Of a stretch of 44,392 bases of DNA, positions 44,374 to 44,392 are shown piece by piece. The position numbers and the translations under genes are program-made. Within the stretch, counting starts at the first letter, position 1. Every line of letters starts with the position of its first letter. Origin of the DNA: Alphaproteobacteria bacterium UBA3637 (GTDB taxonomy: Bacteria > Pseudomonadota > Alphaproteobacteria > CAAHEQ01 > UBA3637); assembly GCA_002373615.1 (NCBI GenBank), contig DFKU01000055.1:1369-45760 (forward strand), read 5' to 3'. The notes beneath the pieces were generated by a model. It searched no databases. It was not told the DNA's origin and saw only the letters and a program-made list of their open reading frames with translations.

Positions 44374-44392
44374 GCGCTCGTAGCTCAACTGG
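44374..44392 (+). tRNA. 5' part of a tRNA, probably Arg, cut by the window edge
   Basis: GCGCTCG-TAGCTCAACTGG is an acceptor 5' strand plus D-arm. The anticodon is not visible. Confidence 0.7.

Noticed and set aside
44224-44388. N-terminal extension of L21 in the ORF track (similarly for gap, sucC and others)
   Set aside because: The canonical N-termini and RBSs lie at downstream ATGs, and the extensions run through promoter regions.

Overview
Low-GC chromosomal window from an alphaproteobacterium, inferred from ChpT, the long-form L28 and the GAPDH type; it may be an uncultured host-associated lineage. The core genes are an RND efflux pair, a LOG-family protein, a CvrA/NhaP2 K+/H+ antiporter, an outer-membrane barrel, batA/batB-C/batD, rpmB, gap, rpmA, rplU and three tRNAs (two Leu and the 5' part of a probable Arg). 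Three regions stand out. (1) A tightly coupled minus-strand operon runs diadenylate cyclase (cdaA) > SucC-like > SucD-like > ChpT > Cache/HAMP/PP2C phosphatase (18055-23424). Both succinyl-CoA synthetase homologues are full length, but they lack the phospho-His loop, the partner Glu and the GGRGK nucleotide loop. This is my best candidate for an undescribed signalling system. (2) An integration hotspot lies downstream of tRNA-Leu(CAA) (13816-~18000). It holds relics of two kinds of att site and a set of individually promoted ORFan or paralogous genes with shared basic C-terminal tails. (3) A ~17.7 kb island is integrated in tRNA-Leu(TAG) (25834-43500, 19-bp direct repeat). It carries a tyrosine integrase, a HUH Rep-like gene, four DNA-methyltransferase-fold genes (one an apparently inactive MT-A70), a broken Mrr, and a regulated lipid A modification cassette (two-component system, PAP2, CTP-type lipid kinase and an MCR/EptA-like transferase). 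I also see two candidate structured ncRNAs (25098-25275 and 27039-27140) and a dispersed REP-like palindrome family. All family calls come from recognising motifs by eye; no database searches were run.
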